DNA of 64,000 nt from Raja brachyura (taxonomy: Eukaryota). This document shows positions 38,851 through 53,208 of this stretch, piece by piece. The stretch is from contig OY740798.1 in NCBI GenBank assembly GCA_963514005.1, forward strand, positions 22,072,001 through 22,136,000, in the 5' to 3' direction. Under the pieces are notes generated by a model. That model saw only the letters and a program-made list of their open reading frames with translations, was not told the DNA's origin and ran no database searches. How positions within the stretch are numbered: position 1 is the stretch's first letter; every line of letters starts with the position of its first letter. The position numbers and the translations under genes are program-made.

Positions 38851-41800
38851 AGAAAATATGAGAAATATTTCCCTTCATAGTTCCCTATTGTTAATTCTAT
38901 CAAAAGATTTAATAGCTATAAGCATATCCAACAGCAACTGAAGCACTTTCTCAAAGGAGACTGTATTAAAGCCAAGCACAGCCCAGCAAGTACCGCAGTG
39001 TACTGGTGATATTCATTGATCAAACAGACTTTGAGGCAAATTGAGTCACAGACTAACATATAACAATTTTCATGAATTAACATCTTGTTTGTGGTTAGCA
39101 AATGTATCAAGCTTAGAAATCACTGACAGACTAGAAAGGGAATCAAGGGCTGGGGAGCTCCTATTTCATTGTAAAGAGCTAAAAGGAGGCAGAAAACTGC
39201 ATACGAGCAGTATGAATTATATAATTTGATATAAGAGGATTACTGTGGCATCATTGAACACAACATTTGAATTATATGTAAGTTATTTATGGGAAATGGG
39301 CATCACTATCAATGCCAGTTTTTTATTGCATACCTCAAATTTCTCTTAAGTAAGTAGTGATGAGTTATCTTGACTCACTGTCGCACACTGTTGGTGGACT
39401 GTTATAATATCCAGTCACTAGACAATGGAGAAAAGTTAGTATTTTTCCAAATCATAATGTGCGCAGCACAGAAGGAAATTTCAAGATGTCGCAATTACTA
39501 GATAATTGCTGCCTTTTTTCTTTCTAGATGAAAAGATTAAGGGTTTTGCCGATGATTTGAGATGCATTTTATGATTAACTGAAACGGTATTGTTTTTGTC
39601 TTGTTACGTTTGTATAAGGTACAATTTTACCTCAAAATTATTTTTTGTGAAGTTGTGTCCTATTCCAGAATGACAAAGAAAACACACTGAAATGATGTAG
39701 GATACATTTTTAAGAACCAATTTCTGCATTGGAACTTTATATATTTTATGGTGCAGAGCAAATAGCAATAGATAAATCACCTTATTTACCAGTATCATTT
39801 CTGTACATTATATTCCAGTATATTCATTGTAATTATTTTCTATCATTAAAATTTAAAACGTATAACAAAATTGAAGTTTGTGACTACTTTATTTTAATTG
39901 ATTGATATGCAAAACAAAACAATGGAAGTAGGATGAGCAGTGTTGGGAAATATATATTTGTGATTTTTGCAGCACTGGGAGGTTGTTGTGGCTTTATTAA
40001 CACTAGAAGGTAGCTCAGTGGTTGAACAAAATTAGAGCTGAGCTCCTAAAGTCTTGGCAGCAAATGAAGAGCAAGGGAACTCTGCATCAAAAAGGATGAC
40101 AAAAGCTACAGAAAACCTCCAATGAAAAATCACTAATGATTTATTGAATAATAAACTGTTCAATAAATCAACATGAACAAATAAAAAACGCGAGGAGGCT
40201 TGAATGAATGAAAAGATTTTCTCTAATTGGGAGATTTATTGCTCAAGATAAGGTTGAGCAAGCAAGGCTGAGCCAAGGAATGAGATAAAAGATGGTGGTG
40301 GTGGCGGACGGAGGAACACCACGTGCCGGTGAGCGGGCTGGGTTCTCACCCGCATCCTTGGAGGTGGAATTCAATCATTCACCTCCTCGCACAAGTCACA
40401 TTTGTGCATCTGATGTAATTTATAATCAGATGTGCATCAAAGTATAGAAGTTTTCAAGCAATGTTGTAAGAGAAGCACTGAAGGGAAAAATGATGTTACA
40501 TTGTCCTGGAACCAACTAATATTAAACAATTAGATCTCTGCAAAGTGGTGCAAGACTTGGGTACCATTAAGGTTCATTTTAATCTTTAATGCTTTGTCAT
40601 GAATCCATAATATGCTGCACAATTCCCTGATCTGACCCACTAACTGATTCAGTCCTATAACAATGATCGCTCATCCCCACCAATCTCCCTCAGCATCAGT
40701 GTAATTGCTCCAAAGCCCCATCTCCCTCCTCCTGAGGCTTCCCGTTCCTTTCCATTTGTGTGACTGGTGTCAATCCTCCACTTACCTTTTCACAACTAGC
40801 CTAAGCCCCGACTTTTCCACACCTATCAATCTTCCGCACTTCAACAAGCCCAGGTCCCTCGTCCCCCAACCCACCAATTTTACCATAAACTCAATCCGTG
40901 ATTTGCTCCAAACTCAAGCTTAACTTTCGAACCCCATGCATCTTTCTCCCTTTCCAATCTGCCTGAGCTACTAATCTCCTGATCATCACAGCTAAACATC
41001 TCCTGCTTGGCCATGTCCACACACTCCTCAATTCCAAGGCACCCCAATTAAGACTTCCATCTCCACTTCAAATGAATTATCCTAACCAATAGTCTCATCC
41101 GATCCTCTAGACTGATCCTCTGCCCTAAATCAGGCCTATGATCAATGCAACTCACCCATAATGGCTGGCAAGAATTTCTATTCCTTCATGACATTTTCAA
41201 TTCATGTAATAAAAGCTGTTAATATTAATTGTAAAAGTTTATTTCAATCTTAATCTGCTTTTTTGAAATTGAACCACTGTTGCTGCTAAAAAAGGGCATC
41301 AACTTTGAACTGTATAAAATTGATAATTAACTGGCCTGAATGCTTGTATGTGCAATTTTGCAGCAAAATAAGATCACGAATATACGCTACTGGAATATAA
41401 AACTCTGAGTGCCTCTTGGGGAAAGTGGTAGAAAATTAGATTAGAACAAAGCGAAGCCTGCGCTATAACAGGTGTGAATTCCTTCTCTAAATGTAAAAAG
41501 ATTATACAGCACTAATAGTCACAAGATAAGCCTTAACATCCAGATCAAATATTATTATCACCAATTAGACCATTCTTGTTCCACAATTGCAATCTAACCT
41601 GTGCTGCTAGTAAAGTTTAAATGAAGTTAATTTGAAATTTTATCTGGTCATTTACTGCTAGGTTAATATTTTTAATTCTTGCAGAATTTCTTTGCCACCT
41701 TTATTTTGCTCTAGTTATGAATTACAAGAGAAATTCACGGAAGGTTGGTGGATAGAACATTCATTTGTCACGCAGTAAAGCAAGAACTCTCACAGTGCAC

Positions 41801-42221
41801 TGATAATGTCCTGCTACTACTTACAAGGTTTGCTCAGCGGGAGTACAGGCCCAGACTGTGCAATTTAATAAAGGCTTGTGCAGATATACATCAAAAATTC
41901 TATTGGCAAAACTTCTTAAACAGTTTATAGTACAATCTAAACTCACCTGATTTAATTAGATCCTCAGAGTTTCTCCGCAACAAACTATCATAAACTGAAT
42001 TTTTTTTCCACTTGGTTTAATTTCACGTTTTGTGTCAGCCCATTTGTCACTAAAATACACTTCTTACATGCTTTCTCTTGGCAATAAATCTATCAACATA
42101 CATCCTAGGCGTGAAAAGTAATTGATGTGAATTTGTCCCTCAGCTCCTCTCTGAAAATATTTTACTCTGTAAATCTCCCAATATAAGTATAAGTAGGGAT
42201 CAGAAAGCAGTGCACTTATAG

Positions 42222-43244
42222 TAGCAATGTTACAAAATTTTGAGATTTAAAAAATAAAGTCTGCAATTTATCCCATCAGATAAAGCATAAAAAGAAGTTT
42301 AATTTGACACCTAATTCACTTTCATATCTTCAGTATTAAAAAGGTTATGGCCATTTTCATACTCGGAAATTAGCATCTTGTTCCCCATTGCCTTTCCATT
42401 GACTTAACACAAAAGCTGTGATTTAGGACAGTCAAACGCCCATAACTTTCTTAAAAATTAAGAGAACTCAATGAAATTTTCAGTTATTATAGATTGAAGC
42501 ATTCTGAAACAAATATGTAACAATATTACTTGGATGACCTGAAATTAAAACATATAATTAGTTAGTTACCTAATTGTAGCTAATTACAAAATTCAATTAC
42601 TAGATCTAAACATCTATCCATTTCTTAAGAAAAGATAAACTTTTTTTAATTGCCTAAGTGTCCAAATAACATTCACACAATAATTCACAATATAACATGA
42701 TTTTAAAATCTCATTTTTATGAATTTATAGGCCAAATGGAAGGAATTTAGTGTTTAATTCCTGTAAATTAATGGCCATTTAAATCAACTTGCGAGTGGGT
42801 TTTAGTGGAATGCGGTGGATTAGAACGTGGTGAAGTCGGCATGAAAATCACTGCCAGTTCATACATTTTTTTTGTCCCCATTTTGCAACATGAAAATGTG
42901 ATTAAAGCCTTCCTAAAAACCAAGTTTTAATGTAAAAATAAACTGCGCACTTTATTTTCTCCCCTACGTAAAATCCTTCCCGTTGTCGGCGCTCATGGCT
43001 TTAGAAGATGATTTTTAGATTACTCTAGTTAATAAATAATCTAGCGTAATTTAAAAATACCTTCATGAATGAAATGGCGGAGCGATTTTTCTTCAGCAAC
43101 GAAATCGCCTGACATGGATCGATTTGCCCAGTCTGTGGAAAAACGGCACTTTAAACACGCCCCCCTCTGAAAGGCGCCAAAGTCACGCACACGGGGAGCG
43201 TCAGAACTGCAGCCCTCCTCAAGGTACGTGTTGTAACATACCTA
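42222..43244. mobile_element. Non-autonomous TIR DNA transposon, ~1.02 kb, superfamily unassigned
   Basis: TIR tagcaatgttacaa / ttgtaacataccta (12 of 14 match); direct repeat acttatagta at 42214-42223 and 43244-43253; no ORF. Confidence 0.8.
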
Positions 43245-43395
43245 CTTATAGTAAAGAGAGTCAAATTTCGAATAGCACACTAATAGTAAACATGAACTAA
43301 ACTTGAAATGTAACCATTGGATAGTTTACAATGTGTTATTTTTTAACAAGATGATTGTAGCTTTTGTTTCCATTGCGTCTCTGTAATAATTATTA

Positions 43396-43647
<252 letters not shown>

Positions 43648-44304
43648 TTAAGACCTATTTAAGAACCATTTCAATATCATTGCTTTAAAGTGAAACAGAA
43701 GATATTTATCAATATGAAATTATTGCTAACTATGTGATTAAAAAAAAACCCTTAAGCCTAAATATTCAGAGCTTCTGCAACTGCCACTGCAAAGAGAGGT
43801 TACAGAATTTGGAACGTCACTGGTGAATAAGGTGGCAAAGAGTTAAAGGCTGATATATGTGAATAAAAACATCCATTGGTGTGTACTGACTCTGGGCATA
43901 GAATTTCTGCAGAAATAGACTGACATTGGCTCTTTGGCACAATGTTCATTATGTAGTCAATTCAGCAACACTATTGAGCTCTGAACAAATAGTTTTACCG
44001 ATGAAACATAATTATTTCAAGTGAGTTATCAAATATAAGCAAAGTGAGTCAACAGTGTTTTATTTATATTTGATTGTCTTTTCACTTTTGAGCTGAAGTT
44101 TATTCTTTATCTCCTGTTTAACCATGAACTATCCATTGGGGAATCAACATTATTAGATGTAGAAACATTGGCTGCTCAAAACTCAGGTCTTTTTTCACTT
44201 TTTAAATGCAATCACCTGATCTGCCTAAAAGAAAACTTCATTGTATTTAAAAAGCACTTAAACTGCATAAATACACTGCAGAATTAGTTGAAATTCAATG
44301 GAAG

Positions 44305-45900
44305 AAAAGCTATCAGGGGTCTGCAATCAAAGACGAAATAGCCATATTCAGATAAACTTAAATGTCAATATGGTTCATGAAAGGTAAATCATGTTTAACA
44401 AATTTGTTACAATTCTTTGAGAATGTAAGAAGCAAAATTGGTAGACAAACTCTGTAGATGTGATGTATATGGATTTTCAGAAGTCATTTGACAAGATGCC
44501 ACATCAAGAGCCAGTGCACAGGAGCTCAAGAGTATTCGGGGAAGTGTTTCAGAATGGTTTGAAAATTGGTTATCACAGAGAAGGTAGAGAGTTTGATTAA
44601 ATGGTTTTATTCAGACTGGAAGAATGTAACTAGTGGTGTGTCTTGAGGATCATTTAATGGACAGCAACTATTTACTTTGTATATTAATAACCCAGAGGAA
44701 TGTGAAGAATGTAAGGTATTCAAGTTTTCAGATGATGCAAAAATAGACAGAGGGCATGCTGCAATGTGGATATTAGGACTTGATGTCGATAGTTTGAGTG
44801 AGTAGGTGAAAATTTGGCAAATGGAGTTCAATGTGGGAAAGCGTGTGATTATTCACTATGGTGAGAAGAATCTAAAGGCAGAAAGATTGCAGATGAGTGA
44901 AGTACAGAGCGATCTGCGTGTTCTTGTGCGTGAATTGCCGATACACACAGACAGCTACAGTAAGTGGTTTTGGAGGCAGTTGGCATTTTGGCCTTAAACG
45001 CAAGAGGGTTTGAGCTTACAAATCGGTGTATGGTTACAATTGTACAGGGTACAGGTGAGGCCGCACCTGGAGTGCTGTGTACAGTTTTGGTTCCTTTATT
45101 TAAGAAAGGATATGCTGGCAATGGAGATGGTCCAATGAATTTTACTAGGCTAATTCCTGAGATTAGAGGCTTGTTATAACACAAACAGCGGAAGAAATTA
45201 GATCAATATTCTTTGGAGTTTAGAGGAATGATTGATGATCTTACTGAAACATATAAAGACCTCTGGGGAGCATGACAGGACATACAGAGATATTTCCACC
45301 AATAGGAGAATTACAAAATATGGGGACATAATTAGAAGTTTAGAGGGTGGTCATTTAAAACTGAGGTAGGTAGATACTTTTTATCACAAAGCGTGGCGAA
45401 TCGTGGAAGCTTGAACATTTGAAGTACTAAAAGAGAAAGTACATAAATATTTGAAAGATAAGGAAAATAAGGTTTATCAGGAACTGGCAGAAAAGAGCTG
45501 AGGCTAGGGCTGATCATCCATGGCTGCACTGAATGGCAGGATAGACTTGATGGGACATGGCCTACTCCTGCTAAATTTTTTCTTAGGTTCTTCATGTGAT
45601 CTTATAAACGTGAGGGCATCTCATTGAATCAAGGCTCTCACAAGGCTCAACAGCGTGGATGATCTGAAATTGCTTTACTTGATGGAGAGATTATTTAGGG
45701 TCAAAATCTGAGATAAAGTGGTCGGATATTTAATAATGTGGTTGTGTGGAGATGTCTTCACTTCAAGAACTATGACCAGTTCAAATTTTCTACAGGTCCA
45801 TTATTGCTCAGTGATTGAATATATTCAAAGCTGCAATCCAGGATTATGCAACATGAAGGAAATCAAGGAATATGAGATTGGATAGAAAACTTAAGTTCAA
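44305..45900 (+). mobile_element. CR1 LINE RT to 3' end, degenerate, followed by an older CR1 piece
   Basis: gatgtatatggattttcagaagtcatttgacaag (YMDFQKSFDK), ttttcagatgatgcaaaa (FSDDAK), WQMEFNVGK. Confidence 0.88.
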
Positions 45901-48334
45901 GAAAGAGAGCATTCTTCACCTTCCTCTGGGTTATTATTCCTTGAATATTCAATGGGTCCCATATGATAAATCCAACATTCAAACATAGCAATACCTTTGC
46001 TTTTTTCTATCTTATTTTCTAAAGATCATTAGACAAGTTGCAAAGGAACTCTAACGCAAGTGACAATACAAAACTGCTGCGCCACAAAGTTAAGTCAGTT
46101 TTATGTTCAACCCTATCATATGAGGAATTTACATCAGGTTATTTTTACAATTACCAAGAGAGGTCATCCAGATGTATCTGCCATTCATTACCGACAATAC
46201 ATGGATGTAGAAAGGGTACTTGCATGGCTGCAAAGTTATTTGCCACAGAATAAGGTCATGAAAAGTGCTGTACACATTCACATCCCTTTTCTACTTTTTA
46301 GTTGTACTGCCGGCTAACAGACTTGCTTATGAGTATTTGACTTAATTATAAAATGAACTAGGGAAGATTTATGCTAAAAAATTGCAAGCCAAACTCTGCT
46401 GAGGCATCTAATTGAAATTTATGGAGCTTCATTTGTTTGTTTCTTACTTACAACTGGCAGTACTGTTCCAGTCAGTGCATCCAAATATTTCAAATATTAC
46501 CCATCATTCTGAATGACAAAATTACCTTTCCAATGAGCATTCAAGGAAATTCCCCACCAGTTAGCAGTTTTGTACCTCTCCAATTTCTGAACACAGCATT
46601 TTAGTAATAGCTTATGACGTTGTGAGACAAATGGACAACACTGGACAAAAGCCCTGCAATAGTTCTTCTTTGCCTCCAGGTTTACAAACCAGGATAAATA
46701 AATGAGCTCTAAAGGACGTTTCTACAGACATTCTGCCACAGGATTTGGTGCAGAAACCGGCACAAATCATGGCACGATATCTGCATGAATACCACGGCTA
46801 TTTTGCAATGCAAATGAGCAAAAGGTTTAACTATCAAGAGGCGGAAAATGGTGGAACAAATGTGTTCCATCTGTTGCTGCTCTGTTGCCAGAGGTGAAGC
46901 TTTTGATCATCGACTCTACCCAGCTCTGAGATCAGCTTTGGTTCACACCACACTCACAATATGAGATTTTTTATTTTTTTTTTGGGTTTTCCAGATGAAT
47001 CAGAATTTACAAAAGCATCTTTCGCTCATTGGCAACACTTTCCCTGTTTTGCAAAGCGTCAGGGGTCATGTGGAAGAACTGTTGGGAGCATTATACACTC
47101 GTGTTAGGGCTTAAATATTAACCTGACTCAACTAAAATGGGCTGCAAATTTTCCAGTCCTTCAAATTAACCTGCTGAGCTTTCAATGGAGGCCATGGGAG
47201 TGAAAGAAAGATTTAGCTTAGCATCAAAATTAATCTTTTATGCATATGTTGCCGCACAAAATATGAGTTGGAGACTGGTACTTGCGGCAAGCTCAGATAC
47301 TTCTGTGACTGTAGTGAATGCTGCAAATCATTCTCCACAAATAAAACATGACAGGAAACTAAACATAATCTACAATTTGCAGAGGGAAACAGGTCAACCT
47401 GTGCAAAGAACCCAAAGGATCTGGCACATTTTCTATGTAGGGGTATCCTGCTGAGTATATCATCATTTAGAGGCTCTAACGTGTATCCCCAAGCTAAAAA
47501 TTGTTTGCTCTGTGAGTTGCCAGAGCTGCAGGGTCAGTGGGGCACCTGCAGCCTCGCTGAACAGCAATTACTTTACCCACTGAGATAGAAAAATTGAGTT
47601 AGAAATTGATCAACAAGACAGTAGGTGCATCAGTCTCAAATCAGATATGGAGAGAGAAACGAGATGGTAAAAATGGCTATATCTGAGAAAGACAACTGAG
47701 ACAGAAAGGCAAGGTCAGAGTTTATTTTAATCTAAGATGGTTACATTTTTTATAATTATTCTTTGAACTTCATGGTCAACTCTCTAACATACAGCAAAAA
47801 GACAAAACAAATTAAATTCGCTCTTTATTGACTACGTTAAGCACCAGCTCTAACTTCCTACAATCACGTTATTCGGAGCTGCTGAGTGTCCACATGGAAC
47901 AACTGAAGGTCGAGGGTAAAAATCCATCTGTGTAAAACACACAAAAGTCTAGTATTAACTGATCAATAAGTTGTGGCATTTTGCAGCTTCCAGCTTCCCG
48001 CAGAACTTGCTGCCCTTTTTTTGCTTGTTATTAAAGGCATATATTTTGATCTCATATTGATAACCCACTTCCCTTTCACTGCTGTGCTACAGTGATAGAG
48101 CTTACATTCCACAATAAGGTTGTTACAGAACTTAGCCTTTTGCATCTGGTGTTGAGCAAGATATCGGCCAATTCAAGGTAATCGAAGGACTACCACAGAG
48201 CATTGTTTCTTGCTATCCAGCTTACAGTCCAGAAATTAAACTAGAGCTATTGTGGATTCAATTGCCTCAGAGTGTAGAAAAGTAGGACCTCATTCAGTGG
48301 ACAAGAATATAAGATACGAGGGATTCACAAATGT

Positions 48335-48471
48335 TCAAGAAGGAACTGAAGATGCTGGAAAATCGAACGTCGACAAAAGTGCTGGAGAAACTCAGCGGGT
48401 GCGGCAGCATCTATGGAGCGAAGGAAAGATGATGCCGCGCCGGATGAGTTTCTCCAGCATTTTCGTCTACC
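48335..48471. mobile_element. Mini fold-back Penelope-derived insertion with TSD
   Basis: Flanked by agggattcacaaatgt at 48319-48334 and 48472-48487; inverted arms tgctggagaaactca / tgagtttctccagca. Confidence 0.85.
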
Positions 48472-49344
48472 AGGGATTCACAAATGTCTGAAATAGAGCA
48501 CAGAAGCTGGAAGTGCGCCACTCTCCCAAAATAGTAATCAGCTTTTCTCCCACTAACAACTGACTGAAATTGCAAATTCCTTTCCTCCATTCTGCGTCCA
48601 AGTAGACCTCATGCTCTAAATTATCTATCTATCTTTGGAGCAATACAGTCAGATGCCATCTGATGCACAGGTTCTCGTGTCGCCTGAAGTGCAGGTTTGT
48701 ATAAGACACTGCCAGAGGTGAGGCACAGCTTTTGCCTCACCGCTTCAGTGACCCAGATTCAATCCTGATCTCCAGTGCTGTCAGTATAGAGTTTGCAGGT
48801 TCTTCCAGTGAACATGTAGGGTTTCTCCTGATGCTCTGGTTTCCTTCCACATCCTAAAAATGTGTGGTGGTTGGTAGGGTAACTGGCCCTATTACCTGCA
48901 TTGAGGTACAGTAAAAAGATGTTTGCTGCTTGCCATCCAGTCACAGAAAAGGCTGTACATGATTACAATCCAGCCATCCACAATGTACAAATGCCAGATA
49001 AAGGGTATAACATAATGTTCCACATGCTGGCCACCCAACACGTGAAAACATTGCCCCTCTGGTTTCTTTACATTTTTCCCCTCTCCTGTTAAGCCTATAT
49101 CCTCTTGTTCTCGATTCCCCTGCCCTTATAAAAAGACTGAACTACTTCCCTCATGTTTCTATAAACCTTGAAACACTGTGAGGCAGTATGCTGCACAGGT
49201 CCCTTTTGGTCCTGTATGGGGAGCAAGCTCCTGTCAGACAGAGCATAGACATACATGACAGAGCCAGTAATCTGTCAGACTGCATTGTTCCTGTCAGATA
49301 TACGCGAGAGAGGGAATAATTTCCTGTCAACTTGGATAGTTGGA

Positions 49345-50220
49345 AAGGTTGCATAAGGGATTCACCAGGAACCTGTGCTTGCAGTGAGAGGTTAGATAGG
49401 CTGGGACATTTTTTATTGGAGCGTAGGAGGCTGGAAGGTGACCTTATTGAGTTGCACGAGATCAAGGGGGGCATGGATAAAGTAAATGCTCACAGCCTTT
49501 TTCCCCAGGGTAAAGGATTCTAACACTTGAGGGCACAGGCTTACGGTGAGAGGGAAGAGTTAAGGGGGTTTTCGGGGACAACCATTTCACTCAGAGGGTA
49601 ATCCATATCTGAATGAGCTACCAGCAGAAGCTGTAGAAATAGATACAATTATGACGGAAAGGTGTAAGAATAGGGAGGGTGTGGAGGGCTATTGGCCAAC
49701 TGCAGGCAAAAGAGATTAGCTTATAATGCCAACTTGGTCGGCACAGACAAGATGGGCAGAAGGGTCTGTTTCCATGCTGCACAGCGATAGAGGGAAATCA
49801 ATCGACTGACCAAATGGTGCCAGAACAACCTTGCGCTCAATATCATTAATACCAAGCAACTGATTGTTGACTTTGGAAGGGGATAGCAGAGGATTTACAA
49901 ACCTGTCTTTATCAATGGGACAGTGGTGGAAAGAGTCAAAGAGTTCAAATTCCTGGGCGGGCATATCTCTGAAAATCTTCCAAAAGTGGTGAACACTGCC
50001 CAGTCCATCACGGGTACTGATCTCTGCACCGTGAAATAGGATCTACATGAGTCGCTGCTTCAAAAAGGCAGCCAGCATCATCAGAGACCCACACCATCTG
50101 CCCACACCCTCATTTCACTACTGCCATTGGGAAGAAGATATTGGAACCTGAAAACTGTAACGTTCAGATTCAGGAGCAGCTTCTTCCCAACAACCATTAG
50201 GCGATTAAACACTATTAAAT
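49345..50220 (+). mobile_element. CR1 3' end (49345-49785) followed by Rex1-like 3' fragment (49790-50220)
   Basis: LDRLGHFLLERRRLEGDLIE; GRRYWNLKTVTFRFRSSFFPTTIRRLN. Confidence 0.82.
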
Positions 50221-51569
50221 ACCACAACCTCCTAATAAGATCTGAACTACATCAACTTGGGAACATTACTTTTGTCTGGGCACTATTATTGTTTGGACAT
50301 ATGACAATAAAGCACTCTTGACCATGATTAAAAATAAAATAGAGCGCAGGATTATGACACCAATAGTAAACAGAGCACGGGCTGCCTTCACATATATTGA
50401 ATAGGGTGGAGGCTATTGCTCTGATGTATTGTAGCATATATTCCAAATGTGACATACAGTGGACATGAGAGGCTGCTGTAGGTTCTATTTAAGGGCACAT
50501 GCAGATTAATCGATAATTATCTTTCAATCAATGACAGTTAAAAACATTTAATCTGGCAATTAATAGGCAACATTGCACTTGGTAGGAGCCCATTTATAAA
50601 TGGTCAGTCAGATTTCTCACAAAACAACTACATTACGAAGGTTCTTAATTGGCTGTAAAGTTGTATGAGATATCCCAAGATCAAAATTGTTAAATAAATG
50701 CAATTTGTTATTGTATTTATGAGGTACATTTATTCATCATCTCTCCCTCAGAATATAACATTAACTCAGAAATAACTAATAAGTGTAAATTATGTTCAAC
50801 TTGCTTAACACCAAAAATCTTAATATTTGTAATTTCACACTGAAATAAGCATAGAACCTGAAAATAAATCTGCAATTACTTGAGTATTATCTGCAAACAT
50901 TATTTACAATGAATTCCGAAATTAACTTAATTGGTGATGCACAAAGCAAAGCTCTCATCATCCAGATATCGCTTTAATCTCTTGATGTGACTGACAGTCT
51001 AACCATAGTATCATGGCCAGACCTATTATTTTATTTTAATTATACATTGTTTAAGATTACCAGTTGTGTTCTAATCTCTTGGTTACTGAAATTCTTTAAT
51101 AACCTATGCTTGGCTTCCAACTGAGCAAAATAACCTTCTCCACAATACGACACAAGCGTGTAATTAATTTGCTTCCAGATTGATTTCGAGTATTATGAAG
51201 ATGGGGGAAAAAAAAGAAACTTAATTTCACACTATAACATCAAATGTACGCACTTCTCGCGTACGATCCGAAGAAATCCGTACAAATGTTTTCCTTCTAT
51301 ATCAAAGCAATAGATAAAAATGTTTGATTGTTTAGAACCCTAGGATGCTGTGACAGTAATTTAGTTCCACTGCAATCGAGAGGCTGAAGAAGAGCCTTCA
51401 GTTGAACTTCAGTGGACTTGCTACCCTGATATAAAGTGATGATTCTTTTATCCATGCACTCAAAAATGTTCACGTTCAAGTTCAAGTGAGTTTATTGAAA
51501 TGTGTTCCTTGCAGAGAGAGATCGCAATGATATCTACAGCTTTTTGGTACCTTGGACAAGTTGTAACCC

Positions 51570-52190
51570 TTTGTGTTCATACTGTTAGGTTGTAAGCTAC
51601 CTAAGCAGAATATGAGGAGCTATTCTCCTCAATTTGCATGTGACCTCAATCTGGCAATGGAAACGGCTCAGGATAGAAAGGTCAGTTTTGAGAGGGGTCG
51701 TTTTGAGACCCAGCAGGCCTTGGCGGACCAAGCATACGTGTTTGATAAAATAGTTGCCTCATCAATGCTTGTTTTCCCCAATGTAAAGGAGATCACATCA
51801 GGGGCATAGCATGCAATCAATGAGGTTAGAGGAGGTGCTTGTGAACATCTGTCTCACTTGGAAGGGCTTTGGGGTCCCTGGATGAATGTGAGGGAGGAGG
51901 TATGTGGACAGGTGTTACATCTCCTGCGTTTGCAGGGGATAAGTGCCTGAGGAGGGGGTGGTTTGCGTGAGAAGGGATGAGTGAACCAAGGCGAGAGCAG
52001 AACTACCGGAAACGAAGGGGACACAGGTAGGAGATCCATCTACAACAGCTGGAGGGAGGGGGGCATGGTTACTAAAGAAAGAGGACAACTCAGATGCCCA
52101 CAAATGGAAAGCTTCATCTTGGGAGCAAATGCAGCAGAGTCAGAGAAATTGAGAGTAGTGGGTGACATCTTTGTAAGAAGCATAGAGGTG
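51570..52190 (-). mobile_element. Penelope-like element fragment (GIY-YIG region), degenerate
   Basis: Reverse-complement homolog of 6720-7260; CKRRRCNTCPHTSSLTFIQGP. Confidence 0.82.
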
Positions 52191-52904
52191 AAAGTTGTAG
52201 ATCAGAAGTTGCAGTACTCTCACAGAGTAGGCACAGCAATGATACATTTGATTAGAACATCGCACAGCAAGCCCTTCGGCCCACAATGTCTGCGTTGACC
52301 ATAATGACAAACATTAGCCTCTGGATTGGTGGATCTGTCATAGAAGGAATAGCCGAGCACACTAGGCCATTATTCTCGAGTTTAGGAGCAAGACGATTGA
52401 CCTCAATTAAACATATATCACTTTTTACAGGGCTTTATAGGATGGATAAACAGAGACACTTTCTTTTAGCTAAGGAAACTCAAACTCAGATACACAGTCC
52501 CAAAATAAATAGCTAGCTATTTAGGTCAGGAATGAATAGAATTTCTTTACTCAGAGAATGATTAACCTTTGAAATTCTCAATCTCATGGGACTCTGTCAT
52601 TACTGTTAATCAAGATTGTTAGATTTCTAGAAATCACGAAAAATTGGGAATGATGCTGGAAGATACTGTTGAGGTACAGGCTGAACAAAAATCTTGGTGA
52701 ATACCATTGCAGGCCAAGGGGCGAGATGTCCTGACCCTGTTATGCCATACTGTTTATTCCCAAACACAAATGAGGGTTATAACTGCTCAGCAAATACCAT
52801 AGTCATTTTCTAGATCAAAGTATTTATTTGCAATATGTTAGGAAGTGAGTTTGCGGTAGGGAGGGGCATTCGACTCATAGAAAACAGTCAAATCACCGAG
52901 AGAA

Positions 52905-53208
52905 TAGTTTACTTTAGTTTAAAGATGGAAACAGGCCCTTCATCCCTCCGACTCTACATCAACCAGTGATCCCCGCACATGAACACTATCCTACACAACT
53001 GGAGACAAGTTACACTTATACCAAGCCAATTAAGCTACAAGTCTTTGGGGTGTGGGAGGAAACCGAAGATCTCGGAGAAAACGCACGCGGTCACAGGGAA
53101 AACATACAAACTCCGTACAGACAACACCCATAGTCGGGATCGAACCCGGCTCTCTGGCACCTGAAGTGCTGTAAGGCAGTAACTCTACCGCTGCACAACT
53201 GTGCCGCC
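52905..53208 (-). mobile_element. V-SINE (HE1-like)
   Basis: gggatcgaacccgg B box on the reverse strand; V-domain-like core. Confidence 0.9.

Noticed and set aside
40640-41150. C-rich segment possibly coding
   Set aside because: No sustained ORF; probably an ancient LINE remnant, too decayed to assign.
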